Shown here: in pieces, positions 44,102 to 54,212 of the stretch
Numbering within the stretch: position 1 is the stretch's first letter
Layout: each line of letters opens with the position of its first letter
Assembly (NCBI GenBank): GCA_035291545.1
Contig: DATDRW010000087.1
Location: 1 to 62,401, forward strand
Origin: Acidimicrobiia bacterium
GTDB lineage: Bacteria; Actinomycetota; Acidimicrobiia; Spongiisociales; UBA11373
Direction: 5' to 3'
Length of the DNA stretch: 62,401 nucleotides
Translations under genes and position numbers: made by a program
The notes under the pieces: generated by a model
Seen by the model: only the letters and a program-made list of their open reading frames with translations
Databases searched by the model: none
What the model was told of the DNA's origin: nothing

Positions 44102-45729
44102 GCGTCCGCGTCTCCTTTCTCGGCGGCCTCGGGGACATCGGGCGCAACTGCGCCTCGATCGAGGTCGGCGGCAAGCTCGCCCTGATCGACTGCGGGTTGA
44201 TGTTCCCCGACGAGCACATGCTCGGCGTCGACCTGGTGCTCCCCGACTTCGCCTCGGTGTTGGCTCGCTCCGACGACCTCGAGTGCATCGTGCTCACCCA
44301 CGGGCACGAGGACCACATCGGCGCTCTCTCCTACTTGCTCGCCGAGGTGAACGTCCCGGTGTACGGCACCCGGCTGGCGGTGGCACTGGCGAGCAGCCGG
44401 ATCGAAGAGGCCGGCGTCGACGCCGACCTCCGGGCCATCGACACCGGGGTGTGGACCGAGCACGGCCCGTTCCGGTTCATGCTGATCCCGGTTTCGCATT
44501 CCATCCCGCAGGGTGCCGGGATCGCCTTCGACACCCCGGAAGGACTCGTGGTGCATTCGGGCGACTTCAAGCTCGATCCAACGCCGATCGACGGGATACC
44601 GACCGACCTCCCCGAGTTCGCCGCGCTGGGACGCACGGGGGTTCGCCTGCTCCTGTCGGACAGCACCAACGCAGAGGTGGCCGGCTTCGTCCCCTCGGAG
44701 TCGAGCCTGGCCCAGCCGCTCTACGAGATCGTGGTCGAAACCAAAGGGCGGGTGATCGCCGCCTGCTTCGCCAGCCACATCCACCGGGTCCAGCAGATCG
44801 TCAACGCCGCCGTCGATGCCGGGCGTTATGTGGCCTTCATGGGGCGCACGATGCAGCGCACGGTGCCCACCGCCGAGGGGCTCGGCCTGTTCGAGCTCCC
44901 CTCCGACCGGGTGCTGCCGCTCGAGGAACTGCTCACGCTTCCCCCCGAAGAGACCGCCATCGTGTGTACCGGCAGTCAGGGCGAGCCCTTCGCCGCCATG
45001 TCGATGATGGCGGCCGGCCAGCACCGCTGGGTCCAGGTGGGCGAGGGGGACACCGTAGTGATCTCGGCGCGGCCGATCCCCGGCAACGAGACGAAGGTGT
45101 CTCGGGTGATCAACGGGTTGCTCCGCCGCGGGGCCAGGGTCTTCCACGGGAACAACGCCAACGTGCACGTCTCGGGACACGGCGCCCGCGAGGAGCTGAA
45201 GACGTTCATCAACGTCGTGCGTCCCCGTGCATTCGTCCCCGTCCACGGGGAGTACCGGCATCTCGTCGCCCACGCCGCGCTCGCCCGGGAGATGAAGGTT
45301 CCAGACGTGATGGTGTGCGAGGACGGCGATGCCGTCGTGCTCGACGGCGGAAAGATTCGGCGCGAGGAGAAGGCGGTGCCCGCCGCCTACGTGTTCGTCG
45401 ACGGCCTCGAGGTCGCCGGTTCCGTACAGGGGATCATCCGCGACCGCCAGCACCTCGCCGAGGACGGCGTCGTCGTGGTCACGCTCGCCGTCGACGGCCA
45501 CACCGGAGAAATCGTCCAGGGCCCCGACCTGGAGAGCCACGGCTTCATGGACGATCCCCGGGAGGTCTTCGCCCAGACTGCCCGCGCCGTCACCGACGAG
45601 ATCCCCGCCGTCGAGCTGCCGGTCGACGCCGCCAACGTGCGGCGCCGGGTGAAGGGGATCGTCAATCGGGTCACCCGCGCCGAGACGGGAAGGCGGGCGG
45701 TGGTGCTCGTGGTCGTCCTCGAGGTTTGA
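44098..45729 (+). CDS. rnj: Ribonuclease J
   Basis: Metallo-beta-lactamase motif LTHGHEDHIGA plus beta-CASP and C-terminal domains. The ATGA overlaps the dapA stop. Confidence 0.92.
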   Translation: MSVRVSFLGGLGDIGRNCASIEVGGKLALIDCGLMFPDEHMLGVDLVLPDFASVLARSDDLECIVLTHGHEDHIGALSYLLAEVNVPVYGTRLAVALASSRIEEAGVDADLRAIDTGVWTEHGPFRFMLIPVSHSIPQGAGIAFDTPEGLVVHSGDFKLDPTPIDGIPTDLPEFAALGRTGVRLLLSDSTNAEVAGFVPSESSLAQPLYEIVVETKGRVIAACFASHIHRVQQIVNAAVDAGRYVAFMGRTMQRTVPTAEGLGLFELPSDRVLPLEELLTLPPEETAIVCTGSQGEPFAAMSMMAAGQHRWVQVGEGDTVVISARPIPGNETKVSRVINGLLRRGARVFHGNNANVHVSGHGAREELKTFINVVRPRAFVPVHGEYRHLVAHAALAREMKVPDVMVCEDGDAVVLDGGKIRREEKAVPAAYVFVDGLEVAGSVQGIIRDRQHLAEDGVVVVTLAVDGHTGEIVQGPDLESHGFMDDPREVFAQTARAVTDEIPAVELPVDAANVRRRVKGIVNRVTRAETGRRAVVLVVVLEV

Positions 45730-45771
45730 TCGTTTACCCAGGGACCACACCTGTGTAATCTGCCGATCCAG

Positions 45772-48036
45772 ATGCCATCGCGGACGTCCTCCCGCCGGGG
45801 TAACGGGCGGAGTGGGACTACCCGGAGCACCAATAAGCAGGCTTCGCAACCGAAACGGTCGATGCTGGCGGCCCTTCGGGAGCGAATCCGAAACGGATTC
45901 GGCAGGCACACCGACGACCTCTCGGGAGCGATCCTGGTGGTCGGCGGGATCCTCGTCGGTCTGTCCTTCTTCGGCCTCGCCGGACCGCTGGGGACCGGGA
46001 TCGTGGCCGGGCTGACGCTGCTCTTCGGCATCTGGGGGTACGGGGTCGCCCCCGCCCTCCTCGGCCTGGGCGTGCTGCTCCTGGTCACCCGGTACCGGGA
46101 CGACTACCGCCGCGTCGTGCTCGGCTTCTTGGTGACCTTCGCCGCCTCCCTGGCGATGTTCCACCTCATGACCGGCACCGTCTCGCTGGCCGGCTCGCTC
46201 GATCTGGTGCGGGATCGCGGCGGTGCCGTCGGCTCGATCATTGCTTTCCCGTTGCGGCGGTTGGTTGGCTTCTGGGGGGCATTCGTCGTGATGCTCGCCT
46301 TCACCGCACTCGGCGTCCTCCTGATGACCCGCACCACCGTGCGCGAGGCCCTGCGGGCGATGCAGGCCGCCGTCGCTGCCGGCCGGAGCCGCCTGCGCAG
46401 CCGCCGACAGCGGCGCAGGCCGGTGGTCGAGGTGCGCCAGACGACACCGGCCCGCCCGCGGCTCGTCGCGGTGAACCCGGACCCGGTTCCCCAACCCGCT
46501 CCGAAGCGCCCCGGGCCACCCGCTCTTGCCCCGGCGCCTTCCCGGACGACACGACCTGTCGCCGCCATGCGGCCGACGCCGAAGAAGGGCTACGCGCTTC
46601 CCCCGCTCGAGCTCCTCGCTCTCGGGGGCGGCGTCGGGCACAGCAGGAAGGCTCTGGACGACACGGCGCGGGAGCTCGAGGAAGCCCTCATCCAGCACGG
46701 GGTCGATGCCCGCCTCACGCGGATCGTCCCCGGTCCGACCGTGACCCGGTTCGAGATCGAGCTGGCTCCGGGGGTGAAGGTCGCCCGGATCACGAGCCTG
46801 GCGCACGACATCGCCTACGCGCTGGCCACACCCGACGTCCGCATCCTCGCCCCGATCCCGGGGAAGAGCGCCATCGGGGTGGAGGTGCCCAACCGGCGCC
46901 GGCAGCTGGTGACCCTCGGGGACATCCTCCGCAGCCCCGAGGCCAAGCAAGCCACCCACCCCCTCGAGGTCGCGCTGGGCATGGACGTGTCCGGCCGTCC
47001 CCACATGCTCAACCTGAGCGAGCTACCCCACGTCCTCATCGCCGGGGCGACCGGCGCCGGGAAGTCGTCGTGCATCAACGCCATCGTCACCTCGCTGCTG
47101 ATGCGCACCACGCCCGAGGAAGTCCGCCTGATCCTCGTCGACCCGAAGCGTGTCGAGCTCGGCCAATACAACGACGTGCCCCACCTGTTGACCCGGGTGA
47201 TCACCAACCCGAAGAAGGCGGCAGATGCGCTGCAGTGGGTGGTGCGGGAGATGGATCGGCGGTACGACCTGCTCGCCGAGGCCGGCGTCCGCGACATCGG
47301 CGGGTATCACGAGAAGTTCGACCGCGGGATGCTCGAAGGAGAGCGCGCCGTCCGATTCCCCTACATCGTGACGGTCGTCGACGAGTTGAACGATCTGATG
47401 ATCGTTGCGGGTCGGGCCGTCGAGGACGCCATCGTCCGCATCGCCCAGATGGCCCGCGCCGTGGGGATCCACCTGGTGGTCGCCACCCAGCGCCCCTCGG
47501 TCGACGTCATCACCGGCGTCATCAAGGCCAATATTCCCTCGCGCCTGGCGTTCTCGGTCGCCTCGCAGGCCGACAGCCGGGTGATCCTCGACCTCTCGGG
47601 GGCGGAGAAGCTGATCGGCCTCGGCGACATGATCGTCGTGACCGCCCGCGACCCGAAGGCGGAGCGGATCCAGGGTGCCTGGGTCTCCGAGGAGGAGGTT
47701 CACGCCGTCGTCGAGTTCGTGCGCCAGCAGCGCCGTGCGCGGTACGAGGAGTCCGTGTTCGAGGCGGCCGAATCCGCGCGGAAGGGCGATGACGAATTCG
47801 AGGCGGTGGACGCGGACATTGTGCGGCAGGCGCTCGAACTGGTGGTGCGATCGCAGCTGGGATCCACCTCGATGCTGCAGCGCAAGCTCAGGATCGGCTT
47901 CGCCCGGGCGGGCCGGGTGATGGACATCCTGGAGCGTCGGGGCATCGTGGGACCCTCGACCGGCTCCAAGGCCCGTGAGGTCCTGCTCACTCCCGAGGAA
48001 CTCGACGAGATGCTCGGGGAGTCGGTCGACGTCTGA
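45772..48036 (+). CDS. ftsK: DNA translocase FtsK/SpoIIIE
   Basis: N-terminal membrane helices, a Pro-rich linker, GATGAGKSSCINA (Walker A), VVDELNDLM, and a gamma-domain winged helix STSMLQRKLRIGFARAGRVMDILE. Confidence 0.93.
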   Translation: MPSRTSSRRGNGRSGTTRSTNKQASQPKRSMLAALRERIRNGFGRHTDDLSGAILVVGGILVGLSFFGLAGPLGTGIVAGLTLLFGIWGYGVAPALLGLGVLLLVTRYRDDYRRVVLGFLVTFAASLAMFHLMTGTVSLAGSLDLVRDRGGAVGSIIAFPLRRLVGFWGAFVVMLAFTALGVLLMTRTTVREALRAMQAAVAAGRSRLRSRRQRRRPVVEVRQTTPARPRLVAVNPDPVPQPAPKRPGPPALAPAPSRTTRPVAAMRPTPKKGYALPPLELLALGGGVGHSRKALDDTARELEEALIQHGVDARLTRIVPGPTVTRFEIELAPGVKVARITSLAHDIAYALATPDVRILAPIPGKSAIGVEVPNRRRQLVTLGDILRSPEAKQATHPLEVALGMDVSGRPHMLNLSELPHVLIAGATGAGKSSCINAIVTSLLMRTTPEEVRLILVDPKRVELGQYNDVPHLLTRVITNPKKAADALQWVVREMDRRYDLLAEAGVRDIGGYHEKFDRGMLEGERAVRFPYIVTVVDELNDLMIVAGRAVEDAIVRIAQMARAVGIHLVVATQRPSVDVITGVIKANIPSRLAFSVASQADSRVILDLSGAEKLIGLGDMIVVTARDPKAERIQGAWVSEEEVHAVVEFVRQQRRARYEESVFEAAESARKGDDEFEAVDADIVRQALELVVRSQLGSTSMLQRKLRIGFARAGRVMDILERRGIVGPSTGSKAREVLLTPEELDEMLGESVDV

Positions 48037-48082
48037 TCGGGGCGTGGTCTCGGTGAGAGCACCCCGATAGCATCACCGCCCC

Positions 48083-49126
48083 ATGGAACCGGTCCGCATC
48101 CTCGACCTCGACGGTCGCCTGCTCGGCGAATCTCCCCTCGGTGTCGAGGAGATCCGGCGACTCTTTGCGGCGATGGTCACAGCCCGCGCCTACGACCACA
48201 AGGCCTCAGCCCTGCAGCTGCAGGGTCGGCTCGCCACCTACGCCCAGTTCGAAGGTCAGGAGGCGGTTCAGGTGGGCGGCGCCGCGGCCCTGCGCCCCGA
48301 CGACTGGCTGGTGGCCACCTACCGGGATGCCGCCGCCATGTGGATGCAGGGCTATCCCTGGGACGGTCTCTTCCTGGGGCGGATGGGGGACGAGCGCGGC
48401 GGCTCGCCACCGCCGGGCGTCAACGTCCTCCCGCCCTCGATCACGGTGGGTGCACACATGATCCACGCGGTTGGTCTGGGATGGGCCGAGCGCCTCCGTG
48501 GCTCCGATCGGGTGGCGATGACCTTCTTCGGCGATGGGGCCACATCGGAGGGCGACTTCCACGAGGCAATGAACTTCGCCGGGGTGTACCGGACCCCGAC
48601 CGTGTTCGTGTGCGAGAACAACGGATGGGCGATCTCGATGAGTCGCGACCGCCAGACCGCATCGGAGACCATTGCCCAGAAGGCCGATGCCTACGGGATG
48701 CCGGGCGTCCTCGTGGACGGCAACGATCTGCTGGCGATGTTTGCGGTGGCCCGGGATGCGGTCGGCCGGGCCCGTCGCGGCGAGGGAGCGACCCTCATCG
48801 AGGCCCTGACTCACCGGATGGGGGCGCACACCACCGCCGACGACGCCGGGCGGTACCGCGCGGAGGACACGCTCGACGAGTGGAGGCTGCGGGATCCCGT
48901 CGATCGGGTCCGCCGTCACCTCCAGGCGACCGAGGCGTGGTCGGAGGCGTGGGAGCACGACGTGGTGTCGACTGCGGCTGCGGAGATCGAGGCGGCGGTG
49001 GCCCGTGCCGAGGGGCTGGCACCCTTTGGCCCCGGTGCTGCGTTCGATCGAACCTACGCCCGGCCGACGACCGACCTCGAGGCGCAACGGACCGCGCTGC
49101 TCCGCGACCTGGGGGGCGAAGGATGA
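48083..49126 (+). CDS. 2-oxoacid (pyruvate/branched-chain) dehydrogenase E1 component, alpha subunit
   Basis: The TPP-binding motif GDGATSEGDFHEAMNFA...ENNGWAIS. Confidence 0.9.
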   Translation: MEPVRILDLDGRLLGESPLGVEEIRRLFAAMVTARAYDHKASALQLQGRLATYAQFEGQEAVQVGGAAALRPDDWLVATYRDAAAMWMQGYPWDGLFLGRMGDERGGSPPPGVNVLPPSITVGAHMIHAVGLGWAERLRGSDRVAMTFFGDGATSEGDFHEAMNFAGVYRTPTVFVCENNGWAISMSRDRQTASETIAQKADAYGMPGVLVDGNDLLAMFAVARDAVGRARRGEGATLIEALTHRMGAHTTADDAGRYRAEDTLDEWRLRDPVDRVRRHLQATEAWSEAWEHDVVSTAAAEIEAAVARAEGLAPFGPGAAFDRTYARPTTDLEAQRTALLRDLGGEG

Positions 49127-50100
49127 GCGTGATGAACATGGCGCGCGCCCTCAACGACGCCCTTGCGGTCGCGCTCGCCGAGGATGAGCGGGTGGTGCTC
49201 CTGGGCGAGGACATCGGACGCACCGGGGGGGTGTTCCGGGTGACGGACGGGTTGCAGGAGAGATTCGGCGAGCACCGCGTCGTCGACACCCCGGTGGCGG
49301 AGTCGGGGATCGTCGGTGCGGCGTTCGGGATGGCGGTCGCCGGACTGCGTCCCGTCGTCGAGATCCAGTTCCTCGGGTTCTCGTATCCGGCCTACGACCA
49401 GATCGTGAGCCACGTCGGCCGGATCCGCAATCGCAGCAACCACCGGTTCACCGCGCCGATGGTGATCCGAATCCCGTTCGGCGGCGGGATCGGGGCCGCC
49501 GAGCACCACAGCGAGTCGAGCGAGGCGATCTACGCCCACACCCCGGGAATCAAGGTCGTCGCCCCGGGAACCCCGGCGGCAGCCAAAGGCCTGCTGCTCG
49601 CCGCCATCGAGGATCCCGACCCGGTCGTGTTTCTCGAGCCGATCCGGGTGTATCGGGCGATCAAGGAGGAGGTCCCGGAAGGGCGCTACACGTTCCCGAT
49701 CGGGGTCGCCGAGGTGGTACGCGCCGGATCCGACGTCACGCTCGTCGCCTACGGAGCCATGCTCCGCGACGCCCTGCAAGCCGCCGGCGCACTAGAGGGC
49801 GACGGCGTATCCGCCGAGGTGATCGATCTGCGCACCCTCGCCCCGCTCGATGCGGCGACGGTCGTGGCGTCGGCCCAGAAAACGGGACGGGTGGTCGCCA
49901 TCAGCGAGGGGCACCGCACCGTCGGCATCGCATCCGAGATCGCCGCGCTGGTCCAGGAGCGGGCGCTGTACTCGCTGCTCGCGCCCGTCGAGCGGGTCAC
50001 GGGATGGGACACGGTGGTCCCTCTGAAGCGCACCGAGCGCCATCACATACCCGGGGTGGGTCGTATCGTCGCAGCGGTACGCCGCACGCTGGAGGATTGA
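49123..50100 (+). CDS. 2-oxoacid dehydrogenase E1 component, beta subunit
   Basis: LLGEDIGRTGGVFRVTDGL, DTPVAESGIVG, and a transketolase-like C-terminal domain. The ATGA overlaps the upstream stop. Confidence 0.9.
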   Translation: MSVMNMARALNDALAVALAEDERVVLLGEDIGRTGGVFRVTDGLQERFGEHRVVDTPVAESGIVGAAFGMAVAGLRPVVEIQFLGFSYPAYDQIVSHVGRIRNRSNHRFTAPMVIRIPFGGGIGAAEHHSESSEAIYAHTPGIKVVAPGTPAAAKGLLLAAIEDPDPVVFLEPIRVYRAIKEEVPEGRYTFPIGVAEVVRAGSDVTLVAYGAMLRDALQAAGALEGDGVSAEVIDLRTLAPLDAATVVASAQKTGRVVAISEGHRTVGIASEIAALVQERALYSLLAPVERVTGWDTVVPLKRTERHHIPGVGRIVAAVRRTLED

Positions 50101-51260
50101 TGGCCTTCGAGTTCCACCTCCCCGACATCGGTGAAGGCCTCACCGAGGCGACGATCGTCTCGTGGCGGGTGCCGGTGGGGGCGACGGTCGGTCTCGACGA
50201 ACCGATGGTCGAGGTGGAGACCGACAAGGCCGTGGTCGAGATCCCCGCCCCGAGGGCCGGGGTGGTGCTCCATCACGGGGCCCCCGCCGGGGCCACGATC
50301 GCCGTCGGTTCGCTCCTGGTGGTGATCGGGGAGGCGGGCGAGGTGTGGGTCTCCGGGGCTGCGGCGACCCCCCGGGTTTCTCCGGGCACGCAGGCCGGCG
50401 TCGCCAAACCCATCGTGGGCCACCTCGAAGAAGGGCCGACATCGGAAAGCGTCTCGGGAAAGCCCCGGGCGCTTCCCCTGGTGCGCCGGCTGGCGGCGAC
50501 GCTCGGTGTCGACCTGAGCACCGTGCGCGGCTCGGGACCCGGTGGGCGGATCGTGCGCGGCGACGTGGAGGCGGCGGGTCGCGGATCCGGCCCCGCGGAG
50601 CGGGTGCGGATGTCGCCCACCCGGCTCGCCATTGCCCGCAACCTGACGAGGTCGTGGCAGGAGATCCCGCATGTCACCACCTTCGGCGTTGCCGATCCCA
50701 AGGCCCTGCTCTCCGCCCGGTCGCTTCTCGCCCGCGCCGGCGGCGAACCGGTCCCGTTGGAGGCTCTCCTCGTCCTCGCCGTCGTGCCCGTCCTGCGGGA
50801 GTATCCCGAGTTCAACGCGGCGGTGGACGGTGACTACCTGGTGCTCCGCAAACAGTTAGACATCGGGATCGCCGTCGACACCCCCGAAGGGCTGATGGTG
50901 GCGGTGGTCCGCTCCGCCGACACCCGCGACGTCGCCGGGCTGTCCGCAGTGATTGTGCGCCTGGCGGCGGCGGCCCGGGCCAGGACGATCGCCGCCGCCG
51001 ACCTGCGCGGCGCCACATTTACCATCTCGAACATCGGAGCGGTCGGCGGCGGCTACGGCACTCCGATCATCCCCTACGGAACGACGGCGATCCTCTCGGT
51101 GGGACGCGCCGAGGAGAAGGCCGTGGTTCGGCAGGGGAGCGTCGTCGTGGGCATGGAGTTGCCACTCTCGCTGTCGTACGACCACCGGGTGATCGACGGG
51201 GCCCGTGGCCGGGCGTTCCTCGGCGCGGTGATCACCAACATCGAGGGCATCACAAAGTGA
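50100..51260 (+). CDS. Dihydrolipoamide acyltransferase (E2) with a single lipoyl domain
   Basis: PDIGEGLTEATIVSW, VEVETDKAVVEIP (lipoyl-Lys), a PSBD segment, and the catalytic LSYDHRVIDGA. Confidence 0.9.
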   Translation: MAFEFHLPDIGEGLTEATIVSWRVPVGATVGLDEPMVEVETDKAVVEIPAPRAGVVLHHGAPAGATIAVGSLLVVIGEAGEVWVSGAAATPRVSPGTQAGVAKPIVGHLEEGPTSESVSGKPRALPLVRRLAATLGVDLSTVRGSGPGGRIVRGDVEAAGRGSGPAERVRMSPTRLAIARNLTRSWQEIPHVTTFGVADPKALLSARSLLARAGGEPVPLEALLVLAVVPVLREYPEFNAAVDGDYLVLRKQLDIGIAVDTPEGLMVAVVRSADTRDVAGLSAVIVRLAAAARARTIAAADLRGATFTISNIGAVGGGYGTPIIPYGTTAILSVGRAEEKAVVRQGSVVVGMELPLSLSYDHRVIDGARGRAFLGAVITNIEGITK

Positions 51261-51273
51261 CGGGGGCCCGGCC

Positions 51274-51549
51274 GTGATCGACGGGCAGCGGCAGCGGCGC
51301 GCCCTCACCGTCGCCGAGCAGGCGCTGCGCGCCCTGGAGGCGGGTGACGCCGCCCGGGCCCGGACGGCCGCCGCGGGGGCGGCCGCTCTCGACCAGGTCG
51401 ACGCCTATCTCGGGTTCGTGTCGGCCGTGGAGGGCGCTGCGGCCGACATCGAGGCGGGGGGCGGGGTGTCGCCCGAGTCGTGGGCGAACCTGGCCGGGGT
51501 TCTCGGGCCGGGCCCGCTGGGGGCGTGGGCCGCAGAGCGCGGGCGCTGA
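51274..51549 (+). CDS. Ala-rich hypothetical protein (91 aa); may not be real
   Basis: An ORF with a GTG start fills the gap between the E2 gene and the convergent hisN-like gene. No motif recognised; the composition is typical of GC-rich noise. Confidence 0.3.
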   Translation: MIDGQRQRRALTVAEQALRALEAGDAARARTAAAGAAALDQVDAYLGFVSAVEGAAADIEAGGGVSPESWANLAGVLGPGPLGAWAAERGR

Positions 51550-51556
51550 GCGACCG

Positions 51557-52318
51557 CTATCGCATCGCCTCGAGCACGGCCTGATGGAGTCGGCCGTTGG
51601 TGGCCAGCGCATTCCCGCCGGCGACGGTGCGGTTGCCCGCCAGGTCGGTGAACCGCCCTCCCGCCTCCTCGACGATGACGAGGAGCGGGGCGAGGTCCCA
51701 TATTGCGGCCACCGGCTCCACCACGGCATCGATCGCTCCTTCGGCGAGCAGTACGAACGACCAGAAGTCACCAAACCCCCGGGTGCGGGCACATCGCCGG
51801 GAGAGGGCGAGGATCTGCGGCCCGAGACCATGAGCCTCGTGGGTGACCACCGAGTTGATCGAGAGATGTGAGTCTTCGATGTGATCGACCGCGGACACCC
51901 GGATGCGCCTGGCGTTGGCCCACGCCCCCAGGCCCCGCCCGGCCCACCAGCGGCCGCCGAGGGCCGGCGCGGAGACCATGCCGGTCGTTATCTCTCCGTC
52001 CTCTTCGAGTGCGATCAGCGTCGCCCATACCGGGACTCCGCGCAGGTAGTTCACGGTGGCGTCGATGGGGTCGATGATCCAGCGGCGCTCCGAATCCCCA
52101 GATGCCCCGAACTCCTCGCCGATGACGGCATCGCCGGGCCGGAGCCTGCCCAGCACCCCGCGAATCGCCTGCTCCGCGGCCCGGTCCGCCTCGGACACCG
52201 GGGTGTGGTCCGCCTTGACCTCGACCGACAGGTCGGCGGCGCGGAACCTGCGCATGGTGATCTCGTCGGCGGCATCGGCTGCCTCGAGGGCGACGCGGAG
52301 GTCGGTGGAGGTCGGCAT
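51557..52318 (-). CDS. hisN: Inositol monophosphatase family protein (actinobacterial histidinol-phosphatase HisN-like)
   Basis: PVSEADRAAE, WIIDPIDATVNY, WDLAPLLVIVEEAGG. The ATG 52318 start was chosen; the upstream part of the track ORF is rejected. Confidence 0.8.
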   Translation of the reverse strand: MPTSTDLRVALEAADAADEITMRRFRAADLSVEVKADHTPVSEADRAAEQAIRGVLGRLRPGDAVIGEEFGASGDSERRWIIDPIDATVNYLRGVPVWATLIALEEDGEITTGMVSAPALGGRWWAGRGLGAWANARRIRVSAVDHIEDSHLSINSVVTHEAHGLGPQILALSRRCARTRGFGDFWSFVLLAEGAIDAVVEPVAAIWDLAPLLVIVEEAGGRFTDLAGNRTVAGGNALATNGRLHQAVLEAMR

Positions 52319-52361
52319 CCGACGATGTTCGCACAGCGGGACCTGGCTACGGTTGCCTGCC

Positions 52362-52877
52362 GTGATCCACGACGAGAACCCGTTCGGCGTCCCGGAGTCC
52401 GATCGCGACCCGGTGCGACGCTTCCGGGGGCGGATGCCGGCGCCGGTGACGGTGGTCACCTCGGGTACCGGAATGCGGGCGACCGGGCTCACCGTCTCGT
52501 CGCTCATGGTGGCGGACGGAGAACCGGGAAGGATCCTGTTCCTGTGCGGCCGAAACGCCGATCTCGGCGACGTCATCCTGTCCTCGGGAGGGTTCGTCGT
52601 CCATGTCCTCGCCGCCGGCGATGAGGCTCTCTCCGACCGTTTCGCCGGCATCCGACCCAGCCCGGGGGGCCTGTTTGCCGGCCTCGCCGTGTTCGAGGGT
52701 CACCGCGGCCCGGTTCTGACGTCGGTTCCGACCCGGGCCGACTGTGGGCTCACCGCCACTGCGGACGCCGGCTGGTACCTCCTCGTCGAGGGTGCCATCG
52801 AGACCATCACGCTCGGTGATCCTGTCGAAGCCCTGCTGCGCTTCCGGGGGCGGTATCGGGGCGTGGACGGCGGCTGA
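52362..52877 (+). CDS. Flavin reductase-like (FMN-binding split barrel) protein
   Basis: MPAPVTVVTSGTGMRATGLTVSSLMV..., FVVHVL, FAGL. The start is uncertain (GTG 52362 or TTG 52352). Confidence 0.65.
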   Translation: MIHDENPFGVPESDRDPVRRFRGRMPAPVTVVTSGTGMRATGLTVSSLMVADGEPGRILFLCGRNADLGDVILSSGGFVVHVLAAGDEALSDRFAGIRPSPGGLFAGLAVFEGHRGPVLTSVPTRADCGLTATADAGWYLLVEGAIETITLGDPVEALLRFRGRYRGVDGG

Positions 52878-52901
52878 GGGCACCTTCCTACACTCGACGC
52901 G

Positions 52902-54212
52902 ATGGCCTCCCGACCCGCCGTCTGGCTCACGACTCTCGGCTGTGCCAAGAACCAGGTCGATTCCGACAAGCTCGAGGCGCGGCTCGGTGCGGCCGGCTAC
53001 CGGTGGGCCGCCACCCTCGAAGGTGCCGACGTGGTGATGGTGAACACCTGCGCGTTCATCGAGGCGGCGCGCCGGGAATCCGTGGACACCGTGCTCGACC
53101 ACGCCGATCGCAAGCGCTCGGACGCCCGGCTCGTGGTGCTGGGATGCATGGCGCAGCGGTACCAGAGCGAACTCGGGGACCTGCTTCCCGAAGCGGATGC
53201 GGTTCTCGGCATGGAGCGCTACGGCGAACTGATCGGTGAACTCGACCGGCTCACCGGCTGGCAGCCGGTGAGACCGGCCGGGAGCCCGATGGACATCCTG
53301 TACGAGGTGCGGCGGCCGAACCCGGCGACGCCGTATGCCTACGTGAAGGTCGCCGAGGGCTGCGACAAGGGCTGCACCTTCTGTGCGATCCCGCAGTTCC
53401 GCGGGCCACAGCGTTCCCGGTCGCCGGTCAACATTCGAGAGGAGATCGCGGTCCTGTGCGGCGCCGGCGCCGGCGAAATCGTCCTGGTGGCTCAGGACCT
53501 CGCCGCCTTCGGGAGAGACATCGACGCCCCGGGGGGGATCGTGGATCTTCTCCGCTTCGTCTCCGACGTCGACGGCCTGCGCCGGCTGCGCCTGCTGTAC
53601 CTGTACCCCCGAGAAGTGAGCGATTCCCTCATCGCCGAGATGGCGGGGAACCCGGTGATCGCCCCCTACTTCGATCTCAGCCTGCAGCACGCGGCGGCGC
53701 CGCTCCTGCGGGCGATGCACCGCCCGGGCGACGGCGACCGGCATCTCGACCTGATCGCCCGCATCAGGGCGGCGGCCCCCGAAGCGGCGCTGCGCTCCTC
53801 ATTCATCGTCGGGTTCCCCGGTGAGACCGAACACGACGTCGACACCCTGGAACGCTTCCTCGCGGCCGCCGGGCTCGATTGGGCCGGGTTCTTTGCGTAC
53901 TCGGCGGAGGAAGGGACGCCGGCGGCATTGCTCCCCGGAAGGATCGGCGCCGATGAGGTCGCCGAGCGGACCCGGCGACTACACGACGTGCAGGATCGGC
54001 TGACGGCGAAACGCAATGCCGCCGTTGTCGGGACTGAGCTCGATGTGGTGATCGATCTCGTCGAGGACGGAACCCCGGTGGCCCGCTCGTATCGCGAGGC
54101 GCCGGAGATCGATGGGGTGATCCTGCTCGACCGGGGCCGCCCCGGGGAGTGGCTGCGTGCCCGGATCACCGGGTCGTACGGCTCGGAACTCGCCGGAGAG
54201 GTGGTCGGATGA
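52902..54212 (+). CDS. rimO: Ribosomal protein S12 methylthiotransferase
   Basis: TLGCAKNQVDS, VNTCAF, the radical SAM motif EGCDKGCTFCAIP, and a C-terminal TRAM domain. Confidence 0.9.
   Translation: MASRPAVWLTTLGCAKNQVDSDKLEARLGAAGYRWAATLEGADVVMVNTCAFIEAARRESVDTVLDHADRKRSDARLVVLGCMAQRYQSELGDLLPEADAVLGMERYGELIGELDRLTGWQPVRPAGSPMDILYEVRRPNPATPYAYVKVAEGCDKGCTFCAIPQFRGPQRSRSPVNIREEIAVLCGAGAGEIVLVAQDLAAFGRDIDAPGGIVDLLRFVSDVDGLRRLRLLYLYPREVSDSLIAEMAGNPVIAPYFDLSLQHAAAPLLRAMHRPGDGDRHLDLIARIRAAAPEAALRSSFIVGFPGETEHDVDTLERFLAAAGLDWAGFFAYSAEEGTPAALLPGRIGADEVAERTRRLHDVQDRLTAKRNAAVVGTELDVVIDLVEDGTPVARSYREAPEIDGVILLDRGRPGEWLRARITGSYGSELAGEVVG

Noticed and set aside
43774-47004. 1076-aa minus-strand ORF antisense to dapA, rnj and ftsK
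   Set aside because: The opposite strand carries three genes with unambiguous catalytic motifs. The product is Arg/Gly/His/Pro-rich and has no recognisable domain.
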